The notes below the pieces were generated by a model. It was not told where the DNA came from and made no database searches. It saw only the letters and a program-made list of their open reading frames with translations. Made by a program: the position numbers and the translations under genes. This document shows, piece after piece, positions 37,974-49,494 of a DNA stretch of 64,000 bases. The stretch comes from Rhodosorus marinus CCMP1338 (lineage: Eukaryota > Plantae > Rhodophyta), in NCBI GenBank assembly GCA_029953675.1, contig JAMWBK010000007.1, positions 744,001 to 808,000 on the forward strand, read 5' to 3'. Each line of letters opens with the position of its first letter. Position 1 is the first letter of the stretch.

Positions 37974-38053
37974 GGCCCTAGTAGCTAGTTCTCTTTCCGC
38001 CCCGCGTAGGCTTAAGGGTACGCGGGGCGGAAAGAGAGCTAGGTACCAGGGCC
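37974..38053. repeat. Hairpin/inverted repeat, 35-bp arms (32/35 match), 10-nt loop
   Basis: ggccctagtagctagttctctttccgccccgcgta - ggcttaaggg - tacgcggggcggaaagagagctaggtaccagggcc. Confidence 0.9.
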
Positions 38054-38653
38054 CCCCCCCGTTAGTAAACCACCACCACCACCACTGAAGAAGAAGGTAT
38101 ATATTCAGAGACTAAAACAAGGGTTCCAAGGGGTCTACTGTAAGTTTGATCAAATGGTTCAGTTCACTGGTAGCGCCATTTTTCTCTCACGGGTTGAGTG
38201 TAAGGCTGGCAACGTCGGTAGATCTGTTGAGATAGAAAGAAGCATAGCAGCCTAGGCTACTATTGTCCGAGACCTCTGGGCGTAGACAGCTGTAACCTTC
38301 TTTGAATATTTTTCCTGACTATGGTTTAAACGGGATGATGATCCATTCTATCACTTGGTCAAAAGCGCGAAGCGTAGGAGGCCGATGCTCATGTCGTTGC
38401 TATATTCAGTTTCGACAGATCGAGGTCAATGCTCGATTCACCAGATATTCGCCGGGCTAGCGCCGTCAACATAGTTTGCAGCCCGATTGTCTCAACGTCG
38501 ATTCGGAAGTACCACTCCGATCACAGGTTATAAAAGGTGGCTGACTCCCGGCAACTTTGATATTTTCTTTGGAGCAAGACAACAAACAGAGCAGAGCAGA
38601 GCAGAGCAGTACAACGAGCTAATAAACAAGGAGTTACAGACATATACAAGAGA

Positions 38654-39340
38654 ATGGTTTCCAAGATTGTGATTTTCGCCGCCGCGATCCTCGCGGTCTG
38701 CGCCATGGGATCTGATGTTGCCATCAACGACGCTGAGAGGATGTCAAAGAAGTGTAACGGGTCAGCCCTGTACAAGGTGGTGTTCGACTACTTGTGGACC
38801 GGTGCGACCCACCCAGACGCATACCCGGAGGATGGACACTTCTCCCAGACAGTTGTTGCTTCCCACGGAAATGGATACCACCTGTGGACCCCTCACGGCT
38901 ACTCGACAAGGGGAGTTGAGCAAATTGCCGAGAGAGGCAAGATCAACACCCTCCTGTCCGAGCTGAACCAGCAGAAGGGCCGCAACGTCTTCGACTTTGT
39001 GTATTCCGAAGAACCCACCGAGGACGGATCTCAAAAGGTTACCCTGCTTATCAAACTCGACTACACTCGCACCTACGCGTCTGCCATCTCCATGGCTGCA
39101 CCGAGCCCGGACTGGTTCACTGGATTTGATGACGCTAATATGTGTGTTGACGGCAAGTGGGTGAGGGAGTACAAGAGGAACCTGAGCGTGTGGGACGCCG
39201 GAACGGACAAGGGGGCTGACTTCTTATCTGCGAACAAGAACCAGAACCCGAGGAAGTCGATTGTTTCAATCCTGGCAACTCGATTCGACGGAATTAGGGT
39301 CGGAACCGTGAAGATCACTCGTGTTCGAGTCTTCAACTAA
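38654..39340 (+). CDS. Spondin_N protein type B (B7)
   Basis: 228-aa ORF. Differs from B6 at 2 residues. Confidence 0.9.
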   Translation: MVSKIVIFAAAILAVCAMGSDVAINDAERMSKKCNGSALYKVVFDYLWTGATHPDAYPEDGHFSQTVVASHGNGYHLWTPHGYSTRGVEQIAERGKINTLLSELNQQKGRNVFDFVYSEEPTEDGSQKVTLLIKLDYTRTYASAISMAAPSPDWFTGFDDANMCVDGKWVREYKRNLSVWDAGTDKGADFLSANKNQNPRKSIVSILATRFDGIRVGTVKITRVRVFN

Positions 39341-39785
39341 CTGGCCTATGCGTTCACATCTCTCCATCTGAGAGCCGGGTGGATATCTGTTAGTTATTCG
39401 ACTGCCCCCTGTTGGATTTGGAGGCATGCACTTAAAAAGTAAAACTGAATCTTCCCACCCAAGCAGAAACCAGTTTACGAACCCTTGGCGCTCACATGCC
39501 TCATTCCTCTTAAACCCCAACAGACGAGCACCATCAGCGCCCCCCATTGAATTGTACGCGATCGGGTTCCAATTGTTCATTCCACAGTAGGGCGACATCC
39601 ATGCTTGAAAACAGACTTTCGCACAAAAATTTCCATTGGAAGCCATCACAAAAGAAGAGAAGCAACCTCAAGCTCGCTTCTTGGATAAGAAAAGTAGAAC
39701 ACGTAGAAACTAGACCCTATAACGAGGCTCAAAAGAGAGGAGAACGAAAGCCAGTTCCTCTAAACTGAATGTACACACTTCAAAA

Positions 39786-39875
39786 TCACAAGAAAACAAT
39801 TCATGATCATGGGAGCCACAAGTATCGGGAGATAATGCTTGTGGAGGTGCTGACCACGTCACAAGAAAACAATTC
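39786..39875. other. 56-nt insertion flanked by a 17-bp direct repeat
   Basis: tcacaagaaaacaattc at 39786-39802 and 39859-39875. Single-copy at the paralogous sites. Confidence 0.8.
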
Positions 39876-41544
39876 CTTTGCTTTTTTTTTTTCGCCCGTT
39901 TTCCGTCGTACGCACTCTCTACGTCAGCTTCAACATCCACATCCCCAAGTGACACCCGCCTACATCCTCAATTCGCTCCTGATCCCTCAAAACTCAGTAC
40001 CTTCGAAAACGATAGCAAAAACATCGAGGACATAGTATTCCCTTCTCTACAAAAGCCAACCGCCAATAGCTTGACGCCTTCACGCTCGTCCGTAGAAAAT
40101 CCTCTTCCTTCACCATGAACCAATTTCTAAACCAAAAAAAAATTCTAAGTACTTTTTTCAACCAATCACAACTGTTTGAATCAAAAGTATTTTCAAGTAA
40201 ACGGAAACGCTCGCCATTTTTGTAACAATAAATCTAAAAAATTTCCATTTCAAAGAATAGTTTCATTCTACCCCTTTCCTCCACGTGGCCAACAACAATT
40301 TTATTGTGAAATCTACCCCCCTCCAACCTGCTGAGGGTAGAAAATCTACCTTGGCGAAAAACTTCCAAATACAATAAATCATTCTTATGACCTGCTTACT
40401 TCTAAATTCCTTGAAGCCCGCTCGTAGTCCATCTGAGACCTAAAAAAATGGTTTAGAGAGAACTCTGGAACGTACGTTGAAGCAAATATCATTATGAAGA
40501 AAAAAACATGCGATCGTCTATCTAGATTACAGATCTCCGCCATCACGAGATCGTTAATTTAGGATGGACGATGATGTCAAGCGTTTAAAGACAGACTGTC
40601 TACTGCTTGGCTTCGAAAATCCCTCTATCTGTCGGGTTTGCCATCTCCGTCCAATGCAGAACGTGCGATTGCGTTCTCAGGCCAAAAAAAAAGTGCTTAG
40701 AGAATATCTGGGACGAGATTGACGCAAATATTATTATTAAGAAGAAAACGTCCCTATGTATCTAGATTATAGACCTCGACCATCACGAGATCGTTAATTT
40801 AAGATAGTCCATGGTGTCAGCCGTATGAAAACAGGCTGTCTACTAAAGTCGAGCAAATAGTATTTGCTGAAAGAAAAACCCCGAGGAAAGAAGGAATCAC
40901 GGGGCCAACGTGAACTTCATTTTGCTGGATTCGTTTCTCTATGTGGGGAGATAAACCACCATGTTAATGATTTCTGCCGGTGGAAAGGGACGGATGCGGT
41001 TGAGTGAGAGAACTGTGAGCACTGCGTTGGTCAATTTCTCAATCAAAAAGAACTTTCGTCAGTTTCATGTCATAGATTTCGAATATCCTCAGCTGCTGTG
41101 ACTGAGCTGAAGTGTGGGTGAAAGGAAACTTTCTCGAAATTCACGTCCGTATGGCGAAACACTTTGTACGTGCTGATGTCATCTTTAGTGCAATGGCCAT
41201 CTGAAATGAGTGGGGCAACTAAATGATGATGTATGCTGCATGTTTTTGTTTGAGTCTGTTCAGAATGATGTCGAGTTTGGAGAAAGTTGGTTCATTTTCG
41301 ACCGGATGAAGCCACACTCGAAGTTAGTGCAAAGTTTGGGGCGAAGTCTTCCTATGAGAGCTCAAGACCGAGATATGACTGCTACGTCGACAAGACTTCG
41401 GGGCGACTCCAAAGTCGATCGAAAGAGTATAAAGGGTGACCCGAGACCGGTCAATTTGGACCATGTCATCGGGGTAGACACCAAAGACAACAGCAGAACA
41501 GTGCATCGAGTAAGAGATAAGAACTACGGAATACATACTAGAAA

Positions 41545-42231
41545 ATGGTTTCTAAGATTGTGATTTTGCTTGCCGCAGCCTTCGCGGTCTGCGCCATGGG
41601 ATCTGACGTTGCGATCAACGACGCAGAGAGGGTGTCGAAGAAGTGCAGCGGGAAGGCCATCTATTTGGTTCAGATCGACTATTTGTGGACCGGTGCTACC
41701 CACCCCTTCGCCTACCCGGATAACGGGTACTTCTCACCTACAACGGTTGCGTCCCACGGAAACGGTTTCCACCTGTGGACTCCTCACGGCTACTCGACCA
41801 AGGGTGTTGAGACCGTCGCCGAGCGAGGCAGGTTGAACTTCCTTCTGGCTGAGTTGGCCGCACAGAAGGGCCGCAATGTGTTCGACTTCGTTTACACCGA
41901 GGAACGCACTGAGGACGGATCTGAGACTGTGAAGCTGCTGATCAAGCTTGACTACACGCGCACCTACGTTTCTGGCATCTCCATGCTGACACCGAGCCCG
42001 GACTGGTTCACTGGATTCGATGATGCCAACCTGTGTATTGACGGGGAGTGGATTAAGAACTACGAGAGGAACCTGAGTGTCTGGGACGCGGGAACGGATA
42101 AGGGAGAAGACTTTGAGTCACCGAACAGGAACCAGTTCCCAAGGAGGCCGATTATGTCAATTCTTGGATCTCGATTCAACTCGGTTCCTGTTGGAACCGT
42201 CAAGATCATCCGCAAGCGTGTCTTCAAGTAA
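41545..42231 (+). CDS. Spondin_N protein type A (A5)
   Basis: 228-aa ORF with the same motifs as A1. Confidence 0.9.
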   Translation: MVSKIVILLAAAFAVCAMGSDVAINDAERVSKKCSGKAIYLVQIDYLWTGATHPFAYPDNGYFSPTTVASHGNGFHLWTPHGYSTKGVETVAERGRLNFLLAELAAQKGRNVFDFVYTEERTEDGSETVKLLIKLDYTRTYVSGISMLTPSPDWFTGFDDANLCIDGEWIKNYERNLSVWDAGTDKGEDFESPNRNQFPRRPIMSILGSRFNSVPVGTVKIIRKRVFK

Positions 42232-43019
42232 ATCGTTTCCGAGATTTTGCACGCATGTACTCTAAGAGTTTCGATGGAAGTCTGTTGAGCACAAGATTGG
42301 CTCTTGCGAGATGCACAATTCAAACCACAATAAAAAACTTCCCTTTTTTCCATGGACACTCCTGACAACTTCTGCAACCACCTGTTATCGACACGAGCTC
42401 CTTAAACATCGGCTCTCAACCCACCCAGCAGTTCAGGGCTAGCGTCAGGACTGGACATATGGAAACAGAAAGAAACGGAAGATGATAGATATTATTCAGT
42501 AGGCTGATCCTTTCCAGAAACAACGTTGAAACCCGGGTGCAGTTAGTTGGCACTGGATGTTCGATCAGAGCGATAGAGATCCATGGAGGTGCATACACCG
42601 TCAGCATGTTGCTGACAGCTCACTGGACGCAGGGAATCTAAGAGTTTGGGCGTAACAAAAGGGGTGCACAGACGAATGGCGGAAGAATACAAAGTCTGTG
42701 CCGAGCGAAAACAGACCAAAGAGATGCTACTTGGACAATGAAAAGAGAGTTTTGTAGCCGTCACAATGAAGATGACTGGGAAGGGTTCGTGCAGTTCGAC
42801 TGCACGAGCCCTGGCACTAGGTCGTAAAAAACTCCAGAGCAAGACCCCCGATTTTGGAAACCCCAAGCCAAGAGCTCCAACACATTTTCCCGTTCCACTC
42901 TAAAAACATGTGATAGCCAAGAAATTTAATACCCTGAATCGTGTTGAATCGCCAATTCCCACTTGGAAGAGAAGGTGTATTAGCATACAACGTATAGTAC
43001 TCTTTTATTTAGTGGTCGG

Positions 43020-45103
43020 TTTACTGGCTTTATTGGCTATGGCTTTATTAGCATAGCCTGAAGCGCTACGCAAACTGGCTTTATTGGCTATGGCTTTATT
43101 AGCATAGCCTGAAGCGCTACGCAAACCGTGAAAAGGAACTAAGAACTAGGTAGAGGAGCGTGCAAACCCAGGCGCCTATGGCCCGCTTCGGCAAGCATGC
43201 TACTCGAATATCGCCACAGAGAGACACTTAAACGCCGCCAAAGTAACCCCTCAACAGAATGCTCAGTAAAACATTTCCGCAACCACTCCAAACCCGACTT
43301 CTCCACGCGACCAAAGCTTTCCACAATGAAGGGCTGGAACCGGTGGGAGCGACCAGCCGCCGGGGAGCAGCGGCTTCGGCCGCGTGAAGGAACAAGGGTA
43401 TGCTGAGAGTATGGCCAGTCTGCTTCGCGCTGACTGGCCATACTCTAGCCGTGAGATGGGCGCTTGCCACAGGGCATGTAATCGCGAGGTCAACATATGC
43501 TGAGCGTCTGGCGGCTGCATCGGAGACGAGTAGATCTGCGATACAGTGGGGCGGTGCCGTATCCGAGACCGATCTGGGTAGTTTCGATTCCACCTCAACC
43601 GTATGCCCTAACCGAGTCTAATATTCGGTGAGAATGTACTTGAAGCGAGTGTGACGCCTCGTACGAAGACCTCTCAACAGTCCGCATGAACCTAAGAAGT
43701 GGCAACCACAAGCATCGATCTGACTCTCACATCCCTAACAGAAAGACGGTCGATTAGAGTGAAACAGAGCTTGTGTCAAACCCAGATAGATCCGTGCAGC
43801 AGAGCGGAACTGAAAGGCATCGAGACGGTGACCCAGTGAGGAAGGCAGCGTGGTCAACCACAAGTGCGATAGGTTGCCTCCCATGCCGCGGAGGCGAGCG
43901 GCAGTGACCCCCCGGGGCTGCCTTCCCCCTCTTCTGCAAGGACTCTGTCGATGGGAGAGTCCTCGATCGCCTCAGTACGTCCCCATAACAGCTCTCTCCA
44001 GGAGCGGAACTTGGATCGATTCTCGTCCGGCACGGTGTTGCACTTGCTGAACGCCTGTTGCAGAGCATCATGGATACTCAAAAGCGGTGGCGGAAGGGTC
44101 GGGGGGTCTTCGCTAGTCAGTGCTCTAGCCAAAAGGCAAACACTTCGCATCCGAAAACTCACCAAGGCGCGAAGCGCGGTAGCCCAGGAGACGCCCGCCG
44201 CAGGCGAGCACACGAGTCCACGGTCGGCCACTCCAAATCCACCTAATCGCAACGGTAGCGAAATCTGGGCACGAATTAGGTCCCTGTCAGGAGCCGCTTC
44301 ATCATCCAGGGGTTCATCCAAGAGCGTTCCCCAGTGCTTTGGCATCGCCTCGTCCGCCTTGGCTGCCATCCACGAGCCCCAATGTGGTGGAAGGCGTAGC
44401 AGCCAGTAATTCAGCCGGGGGCCGGCACAAAAGCGCGGAAGCAGGCTTGCATATTGTAGCATGCTGTCCGGTAGGCGCTCAATGGCGTCAGTGAGCTGCT
44501 TATGGCGTGCTAAAACTCGTTCGCAGAAGAGTCTTGCACGAAGTTGTCACTCCCGAAATCGACGCCATGGTGCTCGAGCCCCTCACGTTCACCAAAGACT
44601 CGGAGACAAGATGGCAGGGAGCCCGTCGAAACTTCACGCGGGGCGAGAAAACGGAATTTTTCGGGTTCCACGGTCAGACCTACTCCACGTGCTATCGCTT
44701 CGATCTGGGTCAATCCCCGAGCGAAGGTCTCAGGGGTGCCCAGCAACGTCACGTCGTCGTGGTAGGCACAGATTCGAAGATCTGGCACCTCAGCCGCCAG
44801 TCGCAAGAGCACGAGCTGCAAAGCACAGGCGTGAAGTACAGGCCCACAAGGATCACCCTGTTGAACGCCAGTACGTGCTGTAAAAACAGGGCCCTGCCCC
44901 CCCCTCCGTAAATGCCGGATAGGAACGGCCACGCCTCCGGGAATACCCTTCGAATCACCTCCAAAGCATGCGTCCGCGAGACGCTGTTGAACGCGTTACG
45001 GAAGTCAACCATGAAAACGCCCTAATCCGGCCTACTGGCTCGCTCGAGCTCGATCGCATGAGTGATCAGCTCGCAACCCCCGGAAAATCCCACCCCTACA
45101 TGG
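43020..45103 (-). mobile_element. 5'-truncated, degenerate CRE-clade non-LTR retrotransposon (RT + zinc knuckle + restriction-like endonuclease)
   Basis: GVGFSGGCELITHAI, VDFRNAFNSVSR, GVQQGDPCGP, AYHDDV, LPLRLGGFG, C.GC..D..G.HF..C, IADLL..AYVDLAIT and FQPFIVESFG. Interrupted by frameshifts and stops. Confidence 0.9.
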
Positions 45104-45507
45104 GTTGAGAAAAGTCTTGTTGAATAAATTAGGAAACGCAAAAGTTGTGTCCTCGATCATCGCAAGCCGGCTTAGAGATCTAATACTGCTTTTTCAAGTG
45201 CTACGAAGAGATTGTGTGAACAAAGCTAACTTCCAACAATACCATGAAATTCATATGCACTTGGGGTGCAATGAACGATTCACGAACCCAGGGTTAACCT
45301 GCTTCACTTTCCTTATGTGCTAGTGTCGACCTGAACTGCTTGATAGGATGAGGTATGTGAGGGATGGTGGTTCAAAAACTCGTTTGTATTTGTGTGGGAA
45401 GAGTCAGTTTTAAGTTTCGAACGCGTGCCTCCCGCAGGGGGCAGTGGAATAACTAACAGATATCCCCCCGGCTCTCAGATGGAGATTTGCGAACGCTAAT
45501 AGGCCAG

Positions 45508-46194
45508 CTAGTTGAAGACTCGAACACGCGTGACCTTTACGGTTCCGACCCGAATTCCGTCGAATCGAGTTGACAAGATCGAAACAATCGGCTTCCTCGG
45601 GTTCTGGTTCTTGTTCGCAGATAAGAAGTCAGCTCCCTTGTCCGTTCCGGCGTCCCACACGCTCAGGTTCCTCTCATACTCCCTCACCCACTTGCCTTCA
45701 ACACACATGTTAGCGTCATCGAATCCAGTGAACCAGTCCGGGCTCGGTGCAGCCATGGAGATGGCAGACGCGTAGGTGCGAGTGTAGTCGAGCTTGATAA
45801 GCAGGGTAACCTTTTGAGATCCGTTCTCGGTGGGTTCGTCGGAATACACAAAGTCGAAGACGTTGCGGCCCTTCTGCTGGTTCAGCTCGGACAGGAGGGT
45901 GTTGATCTTGCCTCTCTCGGCAATTTGTTCAACTCCCCTTGTCGAGTAGCCGTGAGGGGTCCACAGGTGGTATCCGTTTCCGTGGGAAGCAACAACTGTC
46001 TGGGAGAAGTGTCCATCCTCCGGGTATGCGTCTGGGTGGGTCGCACCGGTCCACAAGTAGTCGAAAACCACCTTGTACAGGGCTGACCCGTTACACTTCT
46101 TTGACATCCTCTCAGCGTCGTTGATGGCAACATCAGATCCCATGGCGCAGACCGCGAGGACTGCGGCGGCCAAAATCACCATCTTGGAAACCAT
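45508..46194 (-). CDS. Spondin_N protein type B (B8)
   Basis: 228-aa ORF with B-type motifs. Confidence 0.9.
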   Translation of the reverse strand: MVSKMVILAAAVLAVCAMGSDVAINDAERMSKKCNGSALYKVVFDYLWTGATHPDAYPEDGHFSQTVVASHGNGYHLWTPHGYSTRGVEQIAERGKINTLLSELNQQKGRNVFDFVYSDEPTENGSQKVTLLIKLDYTRTYASAISMAAPSPDWFTGFDDANMCVEGKWVREYERNLSVWDAGTDKGADFLSANKNQNPRKPIVSILSTRFDGIRVGTVKVTRVRVFN

Positions 46195-49100
46195 TCTCTT
46201 GTATGTGTCTGTAACTCCTTGTCTATTAGCTCGTTGTACTGCTCTGCTCTGCTCTGCTCTGTTTGTTGTCTTGCTCCAAAGAAAATATCAAACTTGCCGG
46301 GAGTCGGTCATCTTTTATAACCTGTGATCGGAGTCGTACTTCCGAATCGATGCGGGTGGAGCTGCAAACTATGCTGATGGTGCTAGCCCCAGAAATGGGT
46401 AGTGAGTCGATCACTGGCCTCGATCTGTCGAAACTAAATCTAACTTCGACAAAAACATCCGCCGCGTACGCTCCTCGATTTGACCCAAGTGTAGAGTGGA
46501 TCATCGCCCCGTTTAAACTACAGTCAGGAAATTATTCACAGAAGGTTAGTCTGTCTCGGCCCAGTGCTCTCGGAAAATATGGTAGCCTAGGCTGATGTGC
46601 TTCAATAGGTCCACCGGCGTTACCCAGCCTTACACCCCATTCATCGGAGAAAATCAACGCTACCCGTGGACTGTGCCAGCTGAGCAAACCTACAGTACTC
46701 AAAAGCCAACGTTCAATATGGGTCAACTCGATGAACGGGCATTAAAACATTCGGCATGAAGTGCGATTGACGTTTCTTCTATCCTACCGCAGGATTTGTG
46801 CACGGACTATTCCTTGAGTTACCCAGTTTACCACGCTTGAGATGGAAAGGAAGGAGGTAGGGCAGGATCTCTACGCCCATTATCTACTTTCCTAAGCCAG
46901 CTCGCCATCCTCAATCCTGTTGACATTGCCTCTTTCCTGCTTTCCCCGAGGAGAAATAATATCGCTCAAAAGATCAGAAAACAAACTTTCCGTGCTACAA
47001 AAAAAGTCCAAAACATTGGCCAACGGAGGTGTCCAATGTTCCGATCTCTTTTTCCGTACAAAAGAAACGTTTAAAAATATTAGCACTCAAAACGTTTCTG
47101 TAAAAAAAGTGGCTTGCGAGCTTCCATTGGAATATGGCAAATGCTCAATCGGGAGTTGTTAAAGGAATCTCAGGGGGAAGAAAAGCGCTATCGACGGTGC
47201 ACATTTGCGCCTTCAATATCAAAACAGCATATTTACGCGGCACAAGGGACAACTCGACTGAGCAAACAACGAATAGAGCCGGTTAGTAAGACGCTCAGCG
47301 AACGGTCCTCAAATTCCATGGCAATCAACAGTCCAAGATTCGGAAACGCGCAACAACAAACAGGACAATTCGATAGGCCAAAAGCCGAAGCTCGGATATC
47401 TTGAGTGAACACCGGGGGCGTCGTCGGTTACATTCCGAAGTCTCATACAAAACCACCACAACCTAACAACTCCGGTGCTGCCCGTGAACTAAGTCCCAGT
47501 TCTTAAAGTGGGACAATTTGCTGGAGATCGATTCATGTCCAATCAAAATATTAAAACAAATGATGGTTTACGTCAAGTTTTGGCTTACAAAAAGTTTCCT
47601 GGATAAATTGTAATGGAAAATATTTACCACAATGGAGCCCTTCTGATTTTTTTGAATGAAAATCCTTTTTCGACGCACAAGATATTAATGGGAGAAGTAT
47701 TTTGATTCATATCTCCACAGTCCAAATGATTGGTTTTTGCAATGCCCATTTTCTTTCACTATTCAAGTAGTGTTTAGAGCGTTTTAATTGGTTAACACAG
47801 ATTCATTTTGATTTGAGTTGAATACGGACCAGATGGTTGGTTGTTGGGAGAAGTCTTTTGATTCACGACATCAAGATCGACTCTGTGAAAATAGAGAAAA
47901 CTGAAGTTTGACTGGTTGTTGGAAATTGGGGCGAGGGAGGTCTGTTCCTCGAGTCAGTTAGGGAGGAAATCGAGCGGGTTTGGGGTCAAACTGTGTCGAG
48001 AGCAGCCGGTGGAGGTTGTGTGAGTTTGCACTCGAGCGGGCAAACTTTGTGCGATGGACGATTGAGGACAGCCATCTTTCAGATGAACTGCGAAGTATGC
48101 TCCAACTATGCTCCCATGCTTGGCGGGGCGATACGGACGTTGAGCATTTAGTTTTTCGTGTTTTGTGTACTTGCTCCGGTATTGGACGCTGGTACTAACG
48201 AAAGTGATCCGGCTGTTTCATAATTGTAGCGTTCGCCCCAATTCATCGAATGTTGTACGAGTTGATCATCTGGACCGAGCGTGTTCTCTAGCTCGACAAG
48301 AACTGGCGTACGCGGCTAGATCTTCGGGTTATCGAAGTCTCCTAAAAGAAGTTCGGAAGCGAACCCATTGTCGAGATGCTTTGGGCAATCACAAAAACCT
48401 CATCCTTCTTGTCCCAACCAAACTGCGAATTCAACAAGTAATGTTTCGGTTTCCCCTAAAAAAGACGTCTTGATCAACAATCTCCCACCAGACCGAAAAG
48501 CAGTATTTGTAAAAAACAAAATAGGTGTCAGACTGTCGTGACTCATAGATAGCAAGTCGGCGATATGGGCAGGGAGGAAGCATTTTTCATTTCAACCTAT
48601 TTTCTTTTTTAAACGAAATAGCGTGATCTTCCATCTTCCAATAGAAGGCCGATTTTGAAAGCCAGATTTCTTGCTTTAATTTCTCCTTGGAGAAAGCAAC
48701 AGGACAAGAGGCGATGTCAATGGGATTGAGGATGATGGCTGAGCTGGCTCAGGAAGAAGGCCGAAGCCAATGATCCTGCTCCAGTTCCGTCCTTTCCCTG
48801 CTCAAGCACGGTAAACTAGGCAACTCAAGGAATAGTTTGCGGGAAACCTTCCTGTTGATAGGTTAGAAGAAATATCAATCGTCGTTCATTGCTGAGCCAT
48901 TTACACTGGTGACTCTGAACTGAATAAGTAGATCAGTATTCGGAGACTGGAAAAAACACCTCTTAGGGTCTGTTGTAAGCTGGGTAGTCTGGCTCAGTTC
49001 CCTGGTAGCGTCGATCTTCTCTAATGGATGAGGTTTAAGTTTTGGTAACGCCCGTGGATCTATTCAAATAAAAGAAAAAGGAAACCCAGTGGTCAACCAA

Positions 49101-49494
49101 GCACAGCAGCCTAAACCACTGGGGTAGACAGACTAGCCTTCTGTGAATAATTTCCTGACTATAGTTTAGACAGTACGATGATCCAATCTATCACTCGGGT
49201 CAAATCGAGGGGCGTACGAGGCAGATGTTTCTGTCGATGTCAGATTTAGTTTCGACAGATCGAGGCCAGTGATCTACTTACGTCCTCTTTCTGGGGCTAA
49301 CACCATCAGCATAGTTTGCAGCTCCACCCATCTCGACATCGATTCGGAAGTACGACTCCGATCACAGGTTATAAAAGGTGGCCGATATCTGGCAAGTTTG
49401 ACATTTTCTTTGGAGCAAGACAACGAAGAGAGCAGAGCAGAGCAGAGCAGTACAACGAGCTAATAGACAAGGAGTTACAGATATATACAAGAGA

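Noticed and set aside
19400-48500. Flip-flop inversion (phase-variation-like) of the palindrome centre
   Set aside because: The central spacer has the same orientation in all intact units and no recombinase gene is present. Only long reads could reveal minority inversions.
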